Assembly (NCBI GenBank): GCA_964396845.1
Contig: CAYNGH010000004.1
Coordinates: forward strand, 1-59,948
Direction: 5' to 3'
Source of the DNA: an uncultured bacterium
Lineage (GTDB): Bacteria; Vulcanimicrobiota; JAJTBE01; CAYNGH01
DNA: 59,948 bases
Positions within the stretch are counted from its first letter, which is position 1. Each line of letters begins with the position of its first letter. Shown here piece after piece: positions 7,705 to 17,027 of this stretch. The translations under genes were made by a program, and so were the position numbers. The notes below the pieces were generated by a model that saw only the letters and a list, made by a program, of their open reading frames with translations, was not told the origin of the DNA and made no database searches.

Positions 7705-9864
7705 TTATCTTTCCTTTGAATAGCTGTCGCCACTGACATTATCTTCCTGAATATCCTTTAATAGCATTTTTAATCTCTCCAGTGAAACCGGTGTGATGGG
7801 GTCCCCGCAGTAACGGAGAAATGAAAACTCCTCCAGGAAAGCTCTGCATTTACCGGTATCGGGCAGGGGCCGGCCTGGATCCTCCCGGTGTCGGAGGGCC
7901 ATTTCTTCAAGATGGCCGGCAAACTCCCGGGGGGTGAGATAAAAAGGACGGGAGAGCCCGACTTTTTCCATGGCTTCATCAAATCGGGCCATCAGTTCCG
8001 ACAAGACCTGTTCCGGGGGGGTGACGTTGATACTGTCGTATAATCCTCCGGGTTTTTCCCCGGGGGATGATTTTTTTAAAGCCGGCAGGATTTTGAAGAC
8101 AATCAGCAATACCAGCAATGCCACTGCTCCGGCAATAAAGGGCGGTGCTGTGGCAAGTTTTTTTATGGTATCCCCCAGGGTGAGAAAAAAATCCTTCAAG
8201 GATCCCCGGCGGATAAGATTAAAAAGCTCTTTGATCCGGGTTCCGGCAAAATCCAGCCAGTCGGTTCCCCGGGCATCCAGGGCATCGGGACGGCCCCCCG
8301 GCGGTGTGGGGTCAAACACCACCCAGCCCCGGCCATCAATCCAGGCAGAAACCCAGGCATGGGCATCTTTCTGACGAATCACATAATACCCTCCGGGGGC
8401 ACTGTATTCGTGGGCCATAAAACCCAGCACATACCTTGCAGGGATTCCCCGGCTCCGGAGAAGAAGCACCATGGCCGAGGCAAAATACTCGCAGTGGGCA
8501 GACCTTCCCATGAACAGAAATTCTTCCACCGGGTCCATATCCTGCCGGGTCAGGCGGATTCCCCGGTTATAGGCAATATTTTTCTGGAGATACCCTTCCA
8601 CCGCCAGCGCTCTTGCGCCGTCGCTGATACGGCCTTCCATTATCTCTCCGGCCAGGGCAAAGAATCTTTCCTTCAGTTCTGGAGGTACCGCCAGATCCTG
8701 GGGGCCGGGGCCATGGTCGCCGGGAAAACCCCTGCCACCGGGAACAAACAGGATCCGGTATTCTCCCAGGGATCCGAAAGGGCCCCGGAAGTTTCCCAGA
8801 GAATCCCGGTTATACTCATCGGGGGGAAGCTCCACCGCCACACTGCCCCGGCAACGGTACACCAGATCGTTTCTGCGGATATCCACCTGGAAATGCTCCA
8901 TCTGAAGGCTGGTGTCATGGGGGATTTCATGGGTCAGGGGAAACAGCTTGCGATCATCGTCAGGAGAAAACCCCGGCGGGGGGTTGTCTTCCGGTATGAG
9001 CCTTGTCTTCACAGCTTCGGCTCTCCAGAGTCCCCGGTCATAGGTGTTATAGGCCATCCCCTGCACCAGGGATATGGGCCGGGGAGTAGTAATTTTCATG
9101 GTTACCCGCCGGGAAACCAGCATGTTTTCCATACGTCCCAGGTCTGCCCTGGCGGTAAAAGAATAAAAAGTAGCTGGCTGAAACCGGGTTAAAAGCAGTT
9201 CCAGCATATTGCTTTCTACTTTTTTGAGGCTGACGGTGATGAAAATGCAGAGGATGGCCACCAAGGGGATTATCAGATACAGGATCCAAGTCTGCCCCAG
9301 CCGGGGAGGCTTCACCCCTTGGGCTATATCCTGGGTGATGATGAAAAGATCCAGAAAATAAACCATGGAGCACACCGCAAAAAGAAAGAAAAATGAAATG
9401 TTGACAAAATCCCACTTCCACGGAGAATACAGCCCCCCCACCAGATAAAGCCCCAGGCTTATGAGATATGCCGAGTAAAGCTCCCGCCGGTATTTCATCT
9501 TGTAACACTTAACAAGAATCACCGACATGGCTGCAACCCCCAGGTAGAAAGTGAAACGGTTGAGGCCCACAGCCACTGAGAGCTGAGGTGATAGTCCTCC
9601 CCATTGTCCCAGAGCAATAAACATCAAAAGAATTCCCGCCACCAGAAGAACCTGGCCCCATGATCCCATGACAAATCGCTTCCCCACAAAGAGGGACAGA
9701 AGAATCCCCAGGGCAAAGATTCCCCCCACCCAGTAGATATTCACATTATAAGCAAAGATAATACAGACCAGAGCCATAAGCCAGGTACCCCATGGAGTGA
9801 AACTGGGATACTTGAGAAGTTCATTCCTGCCGGCGGATTTGAGTGTTTTAAGTTTAGTTTTCAA
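7705..9864 (-). CDS. Transglutaminase-like membrane protein (polytopic N-domain, TGase core, C-terminal TM/helical tail)
   Basis: Multiple N-terminal TM helices. Cys-His-Asp core motifs are visible: HCEYFASAMVLLLRSRGIPARYVLGF ... DAHAWVSAWIDGRGWVVFDPT. The TTG start at 9864 overlaps the upstream TGA (TTGA). Confidence 0.85.
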   Translation of the reverse strand: MKTKLKTLKSAGRNELLKYPSFTPWGTWLMALVCIIFAYNVNIYWVGGIFALGILLSLFVGKRFVMGSWGQVLLVAGILLMFIALGQWGGLSPQLSVAVGLNRFTFYLGVAAMSVILVKCYKMKYRRELYSAYLISLGLYLVGGLYSPWKWDFVNISFFFLFAVCSMVYFLDLFIITQDIAQGVKPPRLGQTWILYLIIPLVAILCIFITVSLKKVESNMLELLLTRFQPATFYSFTARADLGRMENMLVSRRVTMKITTPRPISLVQGMAYNTYDRGLWRAEAVKTRLIPEDNPPPGFSPDDDRKLFPLTHEIPHDTSLQMEHFQVDIRRNDLVYRCRGSVAVELPPDEYNRDSLGNFRGPFGSLGEYRILFVPGGRGFPGDHGPGPQDLAVPPELKERFFALAGEIMEGRISDGARALAVEGYLQKNIAYNRGIRLTRQDMDPVEEFLFMGRSAHCEYFASAMVLLLRSRGIPARYVLGFMAHEYSAPGGYYVIRQKDAHAWVSAWIDGRGWVVFDPTPPGGRPDALDARGTDWLDFAGTRIKELFNLIRRGSLKDFFLTLGDTIKKLATAPPFIAGAVALLVLLIVFKILPALKKSSPGEKPGGLYDSINVTPPEQVLSELMARFDEAMEKVGLSRPFYLTPREFAGHLEEMALRHREDPGRPLPDTGKCRAFLEEFSFLRYCGDPITPVSLERLKMLLKDIQEDNVSGDSYSKER

Positions 9865-11120
9865 AGAGCACCGGCTCCCTTCTGCACCTGGCCGGGAGTA
9901 AGAATCTGCAGACTTCCTGACAGTGGCCCCAGTCCCGATAAATCCACCCCCGAGGGGTCAGGATTGACAACGAAGACTTTCATGTCAACTCCCAGGTCAT
10001 GGAGTTTCATCAGAAAGTCAATCCGCTGGTCATCCACTTCCAGCAAAAGCATGATTACAGTGGAAATCTTATGCAGTTCATCAACAAGATGAGGCTCAAG
10101 GCGACGGTAGGGTTTTTCCCGGCAGGGTTCAATACAGGCCAGGATGTCAAGGATCTGATCAAGACAGGCAAGGCTTCGCCCCGCCTGAAGGTAATAAATC
10201 TCAGGGCCTGCAGCGATGATGTCGATGATATATTCCTGCCGCTGAAGGTAATCAGATATGGATGCCCCCAGGGACAGGAGGGCCTCGAAGGCTTCGGCGG
10301 ATTCTTCCGGGGCATTGCCAGGAACAAAACTGTCCAGAAACAGAGCGATGCGTACGTAATATTCCTCGTGGAATTCCTTGACCACCGGTTTGTTGAGGCG
10401 GGCCCAGGAAGGCCAGTGGATATAACGGGGATCGTCCCCGGTGCGAAACTCCCTGGTGCTTCGAAACTCCGTGGATTCCCCCACCTCCGAGGCCAGGGCG
10501 ATGCCTCCCGGCTGAAGCTTGCGTCCTGCAGGAATATTCAGGGAATGGAGAGGCTCAAACCGGGGATGAATCAGCAGATGTCTTTCTTTTTTTATCACAG
10601 GGCCGGTCCGGGTTATCCCCAGGGGAAAGGGGGAATCAATCCCCACACCCGTCAAGGTGTAGCTTCCCCGTCGCACAAACTCCAGCCCCAGGGGGACCTT
10701 CACCTGTTCGCCTCCGAGAAGCCGGGGAATCAGCAACCCAAAAGGTTCCGACAGCACAATTCCATCGGGGGGCCGATCCTCCCGGACAGTTATCATGTGA
10801 GCAGTCCGGGAGGACGGATTTATGACGGTCACAGTCTGCCGGGCTTCGGATCCTGCGGATCCCCTGATGGGGGTGTCAATCACTGCTTTTAATCGGGGGT
10901 TGATAAGGTAGTTGAGGATGGGATTGAGGATAAAAATCAAAAAAAGAAATATGACCAGGGAGTATATGAGAAAAGTGGAGTAAAAAACAAAGCCCGACAC
11001 AAACATCAGGATGACCATCAGGCTTGCCAGATGTCTTCCCGCCAGGGTCAGCCGGTGTCGCAGAATATAACGAAAAAACTCCATCACCCTGGAGGAATAT
11101 TTTTTACTTGGCGGTTTCAT
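9861..11120 (-). CDS. DUF58-family protein (MoxR-associated)
   Basis: DUF58 signature FRTGDDPRYIHWPSWARLNKPVVKEF, N-terminal TM helices, and a position directly after a MoxR ATPase gene. Confidence 0.85.
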   Translation of the reverse strand: MKPPSKKYSSRVMEFFRYILRHRLTLAGRHLASLMVILMFVSGFVFYSTFLIYSLVIFLFLIFILNPILNYLINPRLKAVIDTPIRGSAGSEARQTVTVINPSSRTAHMITVREDRPPDGIVLSEPFGLLIPRLLGGEQVKVPLGLEFVRRGSYTLTGVGIDSPFPLGITRTGPVIKKERHLLIHPRFEPLHSLNIPAGRKLQPGGIALASEVGESTEFRSTREFRTGDDPRYIHWPSWARLNKPVVKEFHEEYYVRIALFLDSFVPGNAPEESAEAFEALLSLGASISDYLQRQEYIIDIIAAGPEIYYLQAGRSLACLDQILDILACIEPCREKPYRRLEPHLVDELHKISTVIMLLLEVDDQRIDFLMKLHDLGVDMKVFVVNPDPSGVDLSGLGPLSGSLQILTPGQVQKGAGAL

Positions 11121-11131
11121 TAATCTCCCCC

Positions 11132-12097
11132 TTATATGGGGACAGGAGTTTTTTCCAGAATCTCTTCAATCACCTGGGATTTGGTCACACCGGAATATTT
11201 AAACTTGGTGTCCAGAACAATCCGATGGGCCAGGGTCTTGACCGCCATGGCCTTCACATCGTCAGGTTCGGCATAATCCCGTCCCTGTGAAAAAGCATGA
11301 GCCTGGGCCATCCGGTAAAGCATCAGAGTTCCCCGGGTGCTGATGCCAAGACGCAGGCGGGTATCCTCCCGGCTGAATTTTCCCATGGCGGCGATATAAT
11401 AGGCCACCTGTCGGGAAACCTTCACCTGCCGGACAGCCTTCTGAAGTTTCAGAACCCCGGCAATATCAACCACCGGCACGGCATCTTCAATGGGATGATG
11501 CTCCCGTTGAGAATCAAAAACCTCCACCTCGCAATCCATGTCGGGATAACCGATGGTCAGGGTAACTCCGAACCGATCCAGCTGAGCTTCAGGCAGGGGA
11601 TAAGTGCCGTGGAATTCCACCGGGTTCTGGGTAGCTATAACCATGAAAAAATCCGGGAGAGGATAACGAGTTCCTTCGATGGTCACCTGTCTTTCGCTCA
11701 TGGCTTCCAGGAGGCTCGACTGGGTGCGGGGTGAAGCCCGGTTGATTTCGTCAGAAAGCAGAATATTGGTGAATACCGGCCCTTCCCGGAAGCTGAAGGT
11801 CCCTTCCCGGGGATTGTATATGGATGAACCCAGCACATCCGAGGGGAGCAGATCCGGGGTAAACTGAATCCTCTTGAATCTGCCTGATATTGACCGGGCA
11901 AGCCCCTTGGCCAGGGTGGTCTTGCCGGTGCCGGGAACATCCTCCAGAAGGACATTCACTCCGGCCAGCATTGCCGTTATAAGATCCCCGATGACCCGAT
12001 CCTTTCCCTTGATGATCCCCTTGAGGCTCTGGGTCATACTGCTGATTACTTCCCTGGAAGCTGTCACTTCTTCTGTTGACAGAGCTTCTTTATCCAT
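11132..12097 (-). CDS. moxR: MoxR-family AAA+ ATPase
   Basis: The Walker A context NVLLEDVPGTGKTTLAKGLARS, Walker B LLSDEINRASPRTQSSLLEAM and a size of about 320 aa are typical of MoxR/AAA_3. Confidence 0.92.
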   Translation of the reverse strand: MDKEALSTEEVTASREVISSMTQSLKGIIKGKDRVIGDLITAMLAGVNVLLEDVPGTGKTTLAKGLARSISGRFKRIQFTPDLLPSDVLGSSIYNPREGTFSFREGPVFTNILLSDEINRASPRTQSSLLEAMSERQVTIEGTRYPLPDFFMVIATQNPVEFHGTYPLPEAQLDRFGVTLTIGYPDMDCEVEVFDSQREHHPIEDAVPVVDIAGVLKLQKAVRQVKVSRQVAYYIAAMGKFSREDTRLRLGISTRGTLMLYRMAQAHAFSQGRDYAEPDDVKAMAVKTLAHRIVLDTKFKYSGVTKSQVIEEILEKTPVPI

Positions 12098-12128
12098 TAG
12101 TGCCCCCTGTTATTTTACTGCTGACTTG

Positions 12129-13541
12129 TCAGTGCTCTTCATGCTGGTCAATGCTGAACCGGTAAAGGCCGTCAAACCTGGTAAATATTATCGAACTCCC
12201 GTCATAGCAGAAACGGGGATTAATCATCTTCAGGGGCTTTCGGGAAAGTGGCCTGATTTCTTCAGTTTCAAATTCATAGATAAAATATATGCCCCTGGAT
12301 GAAAAAAGAAGCCTTCTGCCATCGGGGCTGACAGCTTCCGGGATCACACCGGGCAGGTTCTGTGCAATGCGAATCAGCTTCATTCCATCATTGCCGTCCA
12401 GATAAAACAGATTCAGAAACCCTTCATTGTGGGCCAGAACCCGAAGAGAATCCTGGTGAAACCCGAAGGCCCTCCAGGGAGGATCCGGCATAAAAGGGAA
12501 CTTTGTCCCCATCTGGTGACCTGAATGAGAGTAAAATATTGAAGCAATGCGGTATTCCTGATGCTCTCCGATAAGGATATACTCATCGTCATCGGTCACA
12601 TCAATGATATATCCCGGGGTTGAACCCACAACCGGATGAATTTCCCGGTTAACATAATCGTAACGATTGACGGAATAATCGCCCTTTCCTTCGGGGGCCA
12701 TGAAATAGACCGAATCCCCCCGGACAATCACCCGCCGGCGGGGGCCGGGATCAACCCAAGGCTCTGCCAGGGGAAACATCCGATTCTGAAGATTTTTTCT
12801 TTCCCAGAAATAAAGATTCCCCTGATCCTCCACCACCAGTCCCAGGCCTTCGAAGTTGCTCTCAACAAAGTTTATATTGCCCAGGGGAAACCGGCTTCGG
12901 GATCCCATCCTCAGTATATTCAGCTGACCATCGGTGGTATTGAAGAAAACCGACTCCATCTCCCGGGTGATGCCGATATTTTTCGATGAATCCACCATCT
13001 CCGCAAGAATCTCAGCTCCAGGGGCGCCGTTATTGACCACCCGGTTTAGAACCTCTTCTTCCAGAATCCTCATGCGGACATCCACGGTAATTTTCTGTTT
13101 TTCTCCCAGAAACACCTGACGTCGCTTTTTGCCCTGAATAATGGTCAAAAAATCCCCGGATGTTTCAGTGCCGCCCATATCCTCCAGCAGGCTGAACAGG
13201 GAAACAAAGGCTTCTGGGGCCATTGAACCTGAGGTGATCTTTTTATCCGTCCCCAGGTCATCCATAGTCAAAGTTGCCAGTACCTGTCCATGGAGAGATT
13301 CAATCCGGTATGTGGCGGTATAGCCCTGTCGGGGTTGGCGATATTCAATTACGGTATTTTTCAGGATCTGCCGATCCCGATGGCCGGGAGAAAGCATATA
13401 AATCGCCAGGGATCCTGCCAATAGAGTGATAATCATGATTGCGGTCCACAGACCATTCCACCGGCGGGGCCTGTGTTTCAGCTCCACCATTGGGCCGGGT
13501 TTATCGGTTTTTACCTCTGGGATTTTTGCTTCTTCTGACAT
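12129..13541 (-). CDS. Membrane-anchored periplasmic protein with a PD40/TolB-like beta-propeller C-terminal region
   Basis: A single TM helix (GLWTAIMIITLLAGSLAIYML). C-terminal SPDGRRLLFSS-type PD40 motifs. The gene ends 31 nt upstream of moxR. I prefer the ATG at 13541 (MSEEAKIP...) over the track's TTG at 13574. Confidence 0.6.
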   Translation of the reverse strand: MSEEAKIPEVKTDKPGPMVELKHRPRRWNGLWTAIMIITLLAGSLAIYMLSPGHRDRQILKNTVIEYRQPRQGYTATYRIESLHGQVLATLTMDDLGTDKKITSGSMAPEAFVSLFSLLEDMGGTETSGDFLTIIQGKKRRQVFLGEKQKITVDVRMRILEEEVLNRVVNNGAPGAEILAEMVDSSKNIGITREMESVFFNTTDGQLNILRMGSRSRFPLGNINFVESNFEGLGLVVEDQGNLYFWERKNLQNRMFPLAEPWVDPGPRRRVIVRGDSVYFMAPEGKGDYSVNRYDYVNREIHPVVGSTPGYIIDVTDDDEYILIGEHQEYRIASIFYSHSGHQMGTKFPFMPDPPWRAFGFHQDSLRVLAHNEGFLNLFYLDGNDGMKLIRIAQNLPGVIPEAVSPDGRRLLFSSRGIYFIYEFETEEIRPLSRKPLKMINPRFCYDGSSIIFTRFDGLYRFSIDQHEEH

Positions 13542-13703
13542 TTTCTGACCGCCTTGAAAAATACGATTGGACAAGGCAATATCTTAAACGCCGGGGCTTA
13601 TGCTCCTCCCCCGGCCCGGGAAGGAAACTGATCCCCGGGAAAGAAGAATAATATCAGGGGGACTTTGCCCTGATAAAAGTATCATACAAAGGAGAGATGT
13701 CCA

Positions 13704-14423
13704 ATGATTAAAGCAAAATTTCTGGGACATTCATGTTTTGAAATTTATGGGGAGGACAAAACTGAAAGAATCCTGATAGATCCCTTCCTGAGCGACAACC
13801 CCATGGCTGGGGGGAAGGCCTCGGAAATGATGCCCACCCATATTCTTCTAACCCACGGCCATGGGGATCATGTGGGGGATGCCATAACCATCGCCAAAGC
13901 CTCCGGGGCAAAAATGCTGGGGGTTTTCGAGCTGATGAACTATTGCCAGTCTAAGGGAGCAGAAAATGTCATCCACGCCCATATGGGAGGCAGGATTCCC
14001 TTTGAATTCGGCTGGGTTAAGCTGGTCCCCGCATTCCATTCCTCATCAACCCATGACGGTGTCTATACGGGGAACCCCGTGGGATTCGTGATCAACTACT
14101 ACGGCCATCATTTCTATCATGCCGGGGACACGGGAATATTCGGCGACATGGCCCTGATTGCCCGTCTTCACAAAGTGGACACCGCAATGCTCCCCATCGG
14201 AGGAACCTTCACCATGGACATTCCCGAAGCGGTGGAAGCAGTCAGTATGCTCCAATGCTCCAATGTCATCCCCATGCACTACAATACATTCCCTCCCATC
14301 GAAGCAGACCCTGAAGTGTTCAAGAAAAAAGTGGAGGAATCAGGCAACACCAAAGTTATAATCCTGAAACCCGGCGAATCAACATCCCTGAAGAATCCCC
14401 AAAAAGTGACCGCAAAAGTGTAA
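13704..14423 (+). CDS. UPF0173-type metal-dependent hydrolase (metallo-beta-lactamase fold)
   Basis: FLGHSCFEI...DPFLSDNP...ILLTHGHGDHVGD, with the HxHxDH motif. The SD AAGGAGAG lies 8 nt upstream of the ATG. Confidence 0.85.
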   Translation: MIKAKFLGHSCFEIYGEDKTERILIDPFLSDNPMAGGKASEMMPTHILLTHGHGDHVGDAITIAKASGAKMLGVFELMNYCQSKGAENVIHAHMGGRIPFEFGWVKLVPAFHSSSTHDGVYTGNPVGFVINYYGHHFYHAGDTGIFGDMALIARLHKVDTAMLPIGGTFTMDIPEAVEAVSMLQCSNVIPMHYNTFPPIEADPEVFKKKVEESGNTKVIILKPGESTSLKNPQKVTAKV

Positions 14424-14469
14424 CATCAATAATTACACTTTTTAATCCAAAAGATGCCTGTTTATTTAC

Positions 14470-14625
14470 TTTTGGAGGAACCCTTTGATTTAGTTTATTC
14501 GGGGGAACCTCTGTTTTAGTTGCTTTCGGGGGAAGCCTTTTCACCCGGTTTAAAACCAGGGAATATGGGTTTTTGTTATTCGGGGGAACCCTTTTCGCCT
14601 GGTTTATGGAGGGTTTTCCTGGGGC
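14470..14625 (+). repeat. Dispersed intergenic repeat, copy B (four degenerate tandem units)
   Basis: The units start around 14470, 14494, 14520 and 14576. They share the core TT(C/G)GG(G/A)GGAA(C/G)C(C/T)(T/C)T(T/G). 14525..14570 matches the reverse complement of 16897..16942 at 42/46 positions (hand alignment). Confidence 0.8.
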
Positions 14626-14629
14626 ATCA

Positions 14630-16498
14630 TCACTCATTTACTTTTTCAGCGGTGCTGGTGACGGTTCCCCCTTCTTCCTCCAGGGTTGCCTGGGCTTCAT
14701 ACAGTCTGCGGTAAAGGCCGTTTCTGGCCATCAGTTCATCATGGGTGCCGGTTTCCGCAACGGTTCCGTTTTCCAGCACAAGGATCCGGTCTGCCCGGTT
14801 GATGGTGGAGAGGCGATGTGCGATGACAAAGGTGGTCCTGTCTTTCATCAGCCGTTCCAGGGCTTCCTGGAGCTGGGCTTCGGATTCCTGATCCAGGGAT
14901 GAGGTGGCCTCGTCCAGGATTAGTATCTCCGGTTGTCGCAGTATTGTCCGGGCGATGGAAATCCTCTGGCGCTGTCCTCCCGACAGGCCCACTCCCCCTT
15001 CTCCCACTGCTGTATCGTATCCTCTGGGCAGGGATGTTATGAAATTATGGGCGTTGGCGATGCGGGCAGCTTCTTCGATTTTTTCCTGGGGAGTGTCAGG
15101 ACAGGCATAGGCGATGTTTTCCCGGATTGTGCCAGAAAAGAGGATGGTTTCCTGCAGGACCAGACCGATATGTTTTCGCAGGGAATCGATGCGGATTTTA
15201 TTTATGTCCTCATTATCAATCAGGATTTTTCCTCCGCTGATGGGATAGAATCTGGGCAGAAGGTTCAGCAGGGTGGTCTTTCCCGCGCCGTTTGGCCCCA
15301 CCACTGCAATCATCTCGCCGGGACTGGCGGTGAAAGTGACTCCCTGGATAACCGGTTCGCCGGATTTGTATTCAAACCGGACATTATCAAACTCCACCTT
15401 GCCCCTGACCTGTTCCAGCTCCTTTGAGCCGGGATCATCAGGCTCTTCCCTGTCAAAGTCCATCAGCTCATAAACCCTGGCAGCGCTTACCATCCCCTTG
15501 CGGATGTCTGCATATATTCCGGAGAACCGGTTCACGGGGCTTGTGGCGATAAGCATGTATGCCACGAAAGCCAGCAGATCTCCGATGGTGAAGGCTCCCA
15601 TGGTGACAAGATATGACCCGAAGCCGATGAGAACCAGCATCCCGACGGTCCCGAATATATCCACCAGGGGAGTCTGGGTCAGCCTGAACTGGATGGATTT
15701 CATCACTGCGGTAAAGGCCTGATGGTTTATGTCGGCAAAACGTCTGCGCTCGTGATCCTCGGCACAGAAAGCTTTGATGACTTTGATGCCGTTGATGTTC
15801 TCCTGCATTATGGAGTTGAGATCTGATATGCGGTTCTGCATTTTTGAAACCTGCTTCTGGATCAGCCCCCCGAATTTGCTCATGACAAAACCGATGGCAG
15901 GGCTTGCAACAAAGGCCAGCAGTGTCAACCGCCAGTCCAGATAAATCATCATACCCACCGCAAAAAAGAAGACCATTACATCAGAGATGAGAACCATAAT
16001 GCTGTTGGTGAAGGTATCGGTCATTAAATTGATGTCGGTGATGACCCGATACATTATCTGACCCGCCTGCCAACGTTCAAAAAAGGAAATGCTCAACGAC
16101 TGGAGATGGCTGTAAACATCATCCCGCAGACGGCGCACCGCACTCTGCCCTGCAAAAGACAGCAGATAACCCTGGGCATACATAAATATTCCTTTTAAGA
16201 CCGCAGACAGAAAAATCGCCCCCAGAAGCCATCTGAGCCTTTCATTGTCCTGATTCCTCAAGACATCATCCATGAGTATCTTGATAAAATAAGGCTGAGC
16301 TCCCGCCGCTGCCCCATAAAGCAAGGCACAAATGCACCCCGACACAAAAGACCCCAGATAAGGCTTCATGTATGCAAGAAACCGCCTTGTAATGACAACC
16401 ATATCCTTTGTGGTCAGCTTCGAAGTGTCCAATGGAGCTTTCTCATCCTTGAGAGGAGGATACCCTTCTGCGGTATTTATCATGAATCGTTGTCCCAT
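14630..16498 (-). CDS. ABC exporter, fused permease and ATPase (MsbA/lipid or multidrug-type half transporter)
   Basis: Six-TM N-domain, then Walker A GPNGAGKTT, signature LSGGQRQR and Walker B ILILDEATSSLD. Confidence 0.92.
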   Translation of the reverse strand: MGQRFMINTAEGYPPLKDEKAPLDTSKLTTKDMVVITRRFLAYMKPYLGSFVSGCICALLYGAAAGAQPYFIKILMDDVLRNQDNERLRWLLGAIFLSAVLKGIFMYAQGYLLSFAGQSAVRRLRDDVYSHLQSLSISFFERWQAGQIMYRVITDINLMTDTFTNSIMVLISDVMVFFFAVGMMIYLDWRLTLLAFVASPAIGFVMSKFGGLIQKQVSKMQNRISDLNSIMQENINGIKVIKAFCAEDHERRRFADINHQAFTAVMKSIQFRLTQTPLVDIFGTVGMLVLIGFGSYLVTMGAFTIGDLLAFVAYMLIATSPVNRFSGIYADIRKGMVSAARVYELMDFDREEPDDPGSKELEQVRGKVEFDNVRFEYKSGEPVIQGVTFTASPGEMIAVVGPNGAGKTTLLNLLPRFYPISGGKILIDNEDINKIRIDSLRKHIGLVLQETILFSGTIRENIAYACPDTPQEKIEEAARIANAHNFITSLPRGYDTAVGEGGVGLSGGQRQRISIARTILRQPEILILDEATSSLDQESEAQLQEALERLMKDRTTFVIAHRLSTINRADRILVLENGTVAETGTHDELMARNGLYRRLYEAQATLEEEGGTVTSTAEKVNE

Positions 16499-16599
16499 CT
16501 GCTTGCTGTGTGTCTGCCCGGAGAAGAACCCGGAACGGGATTAGTTCTTGCACTTCTGGATGAATCCTCTTGGATGAAAGAACCGCAGATGTACTCTTT

Positions 16600-16970
16600 T
16601 ACCTCTATTGGAGAACCTTTCTTGCTCCATTTGAAATTGAGGTTTTTTGGGGGTTCCTTGGAGGAACCTTTCTTGAAAGAAAGGATTCCTCCAAACCTCC
16701 TCCAAAGAACTTCATGAGGGCTTCGCCATTCTGACGGAGTAAAATATAATAAAGAATATGAAAACGCCCACCGAATCATAACCAACGGCCAGAGAGCTAT
16801 GTCCTACCGATACATAACCCACGGCCCGGGGGATTTTGGCCCACCGATCATGACAATCCCGACTCATTTTTCCCCCTTTTCCAAAAAGGGGTCCCGACTC
16901 ATATTCCCTGGTTTTAAATCGGGTGAAAAGGGTTCCCCTGAATAAGCCAAACAAAGGGTTCCCTGAATAA
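16600..16970. repeat. Dispersed intergenic repeat, copy C (mixed orientation)
   Basis: Forward core copies lie at about 16609-16680 and include the near-palindrome GGAGGAACCTTTCTTGAAAGAAAGGATTCCTCC. Reverse-oriented copies at 16897..16970 are homologous to copies A and B. An internal duplication CC(C/T)ACCGA(A)T(C/A)CATAACC(A/C)ACGGCC lies at about 16766 and about 16803. Confidence 0.75.
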
Positions 16971-16998
16971 AAAACGGGGGAGTTTGCCCCCCCCGTTG
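16966..16998 (-). terminator. Rho-independent terminator after the aminotransferase gene
   Basis: The minus-strand reading is AACGGGGGGG-CAAA-CTCCCCCGTT followed by TTTTTTATT. It lies 30 nt past the stop at 17028. Confidence 0.7.
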
Positions 16999-17027
16999 TG
17001 TTTATAGATTATGTCATGTTGGCAGTT

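Noticed and set aside
14470-14625. The tandem ~25-nt units as a small CRISPR array.
   Set aside because: The units are degenerate rather than identical. They abut each other with no unique spacers of regular length. No cas genes are present in the window.
14356-14637. A minus-strand 93-aa ORF with periodic RVPPK/RLPPK/EVPPN peptides. Related ORFs lie at 16480..16785 and 16712..16954.
   Set aside because: The periodicity is only the translation of the intergenic DNA repeats. There is no start context, and the ORFs overlap the repeat copies in both orientations.
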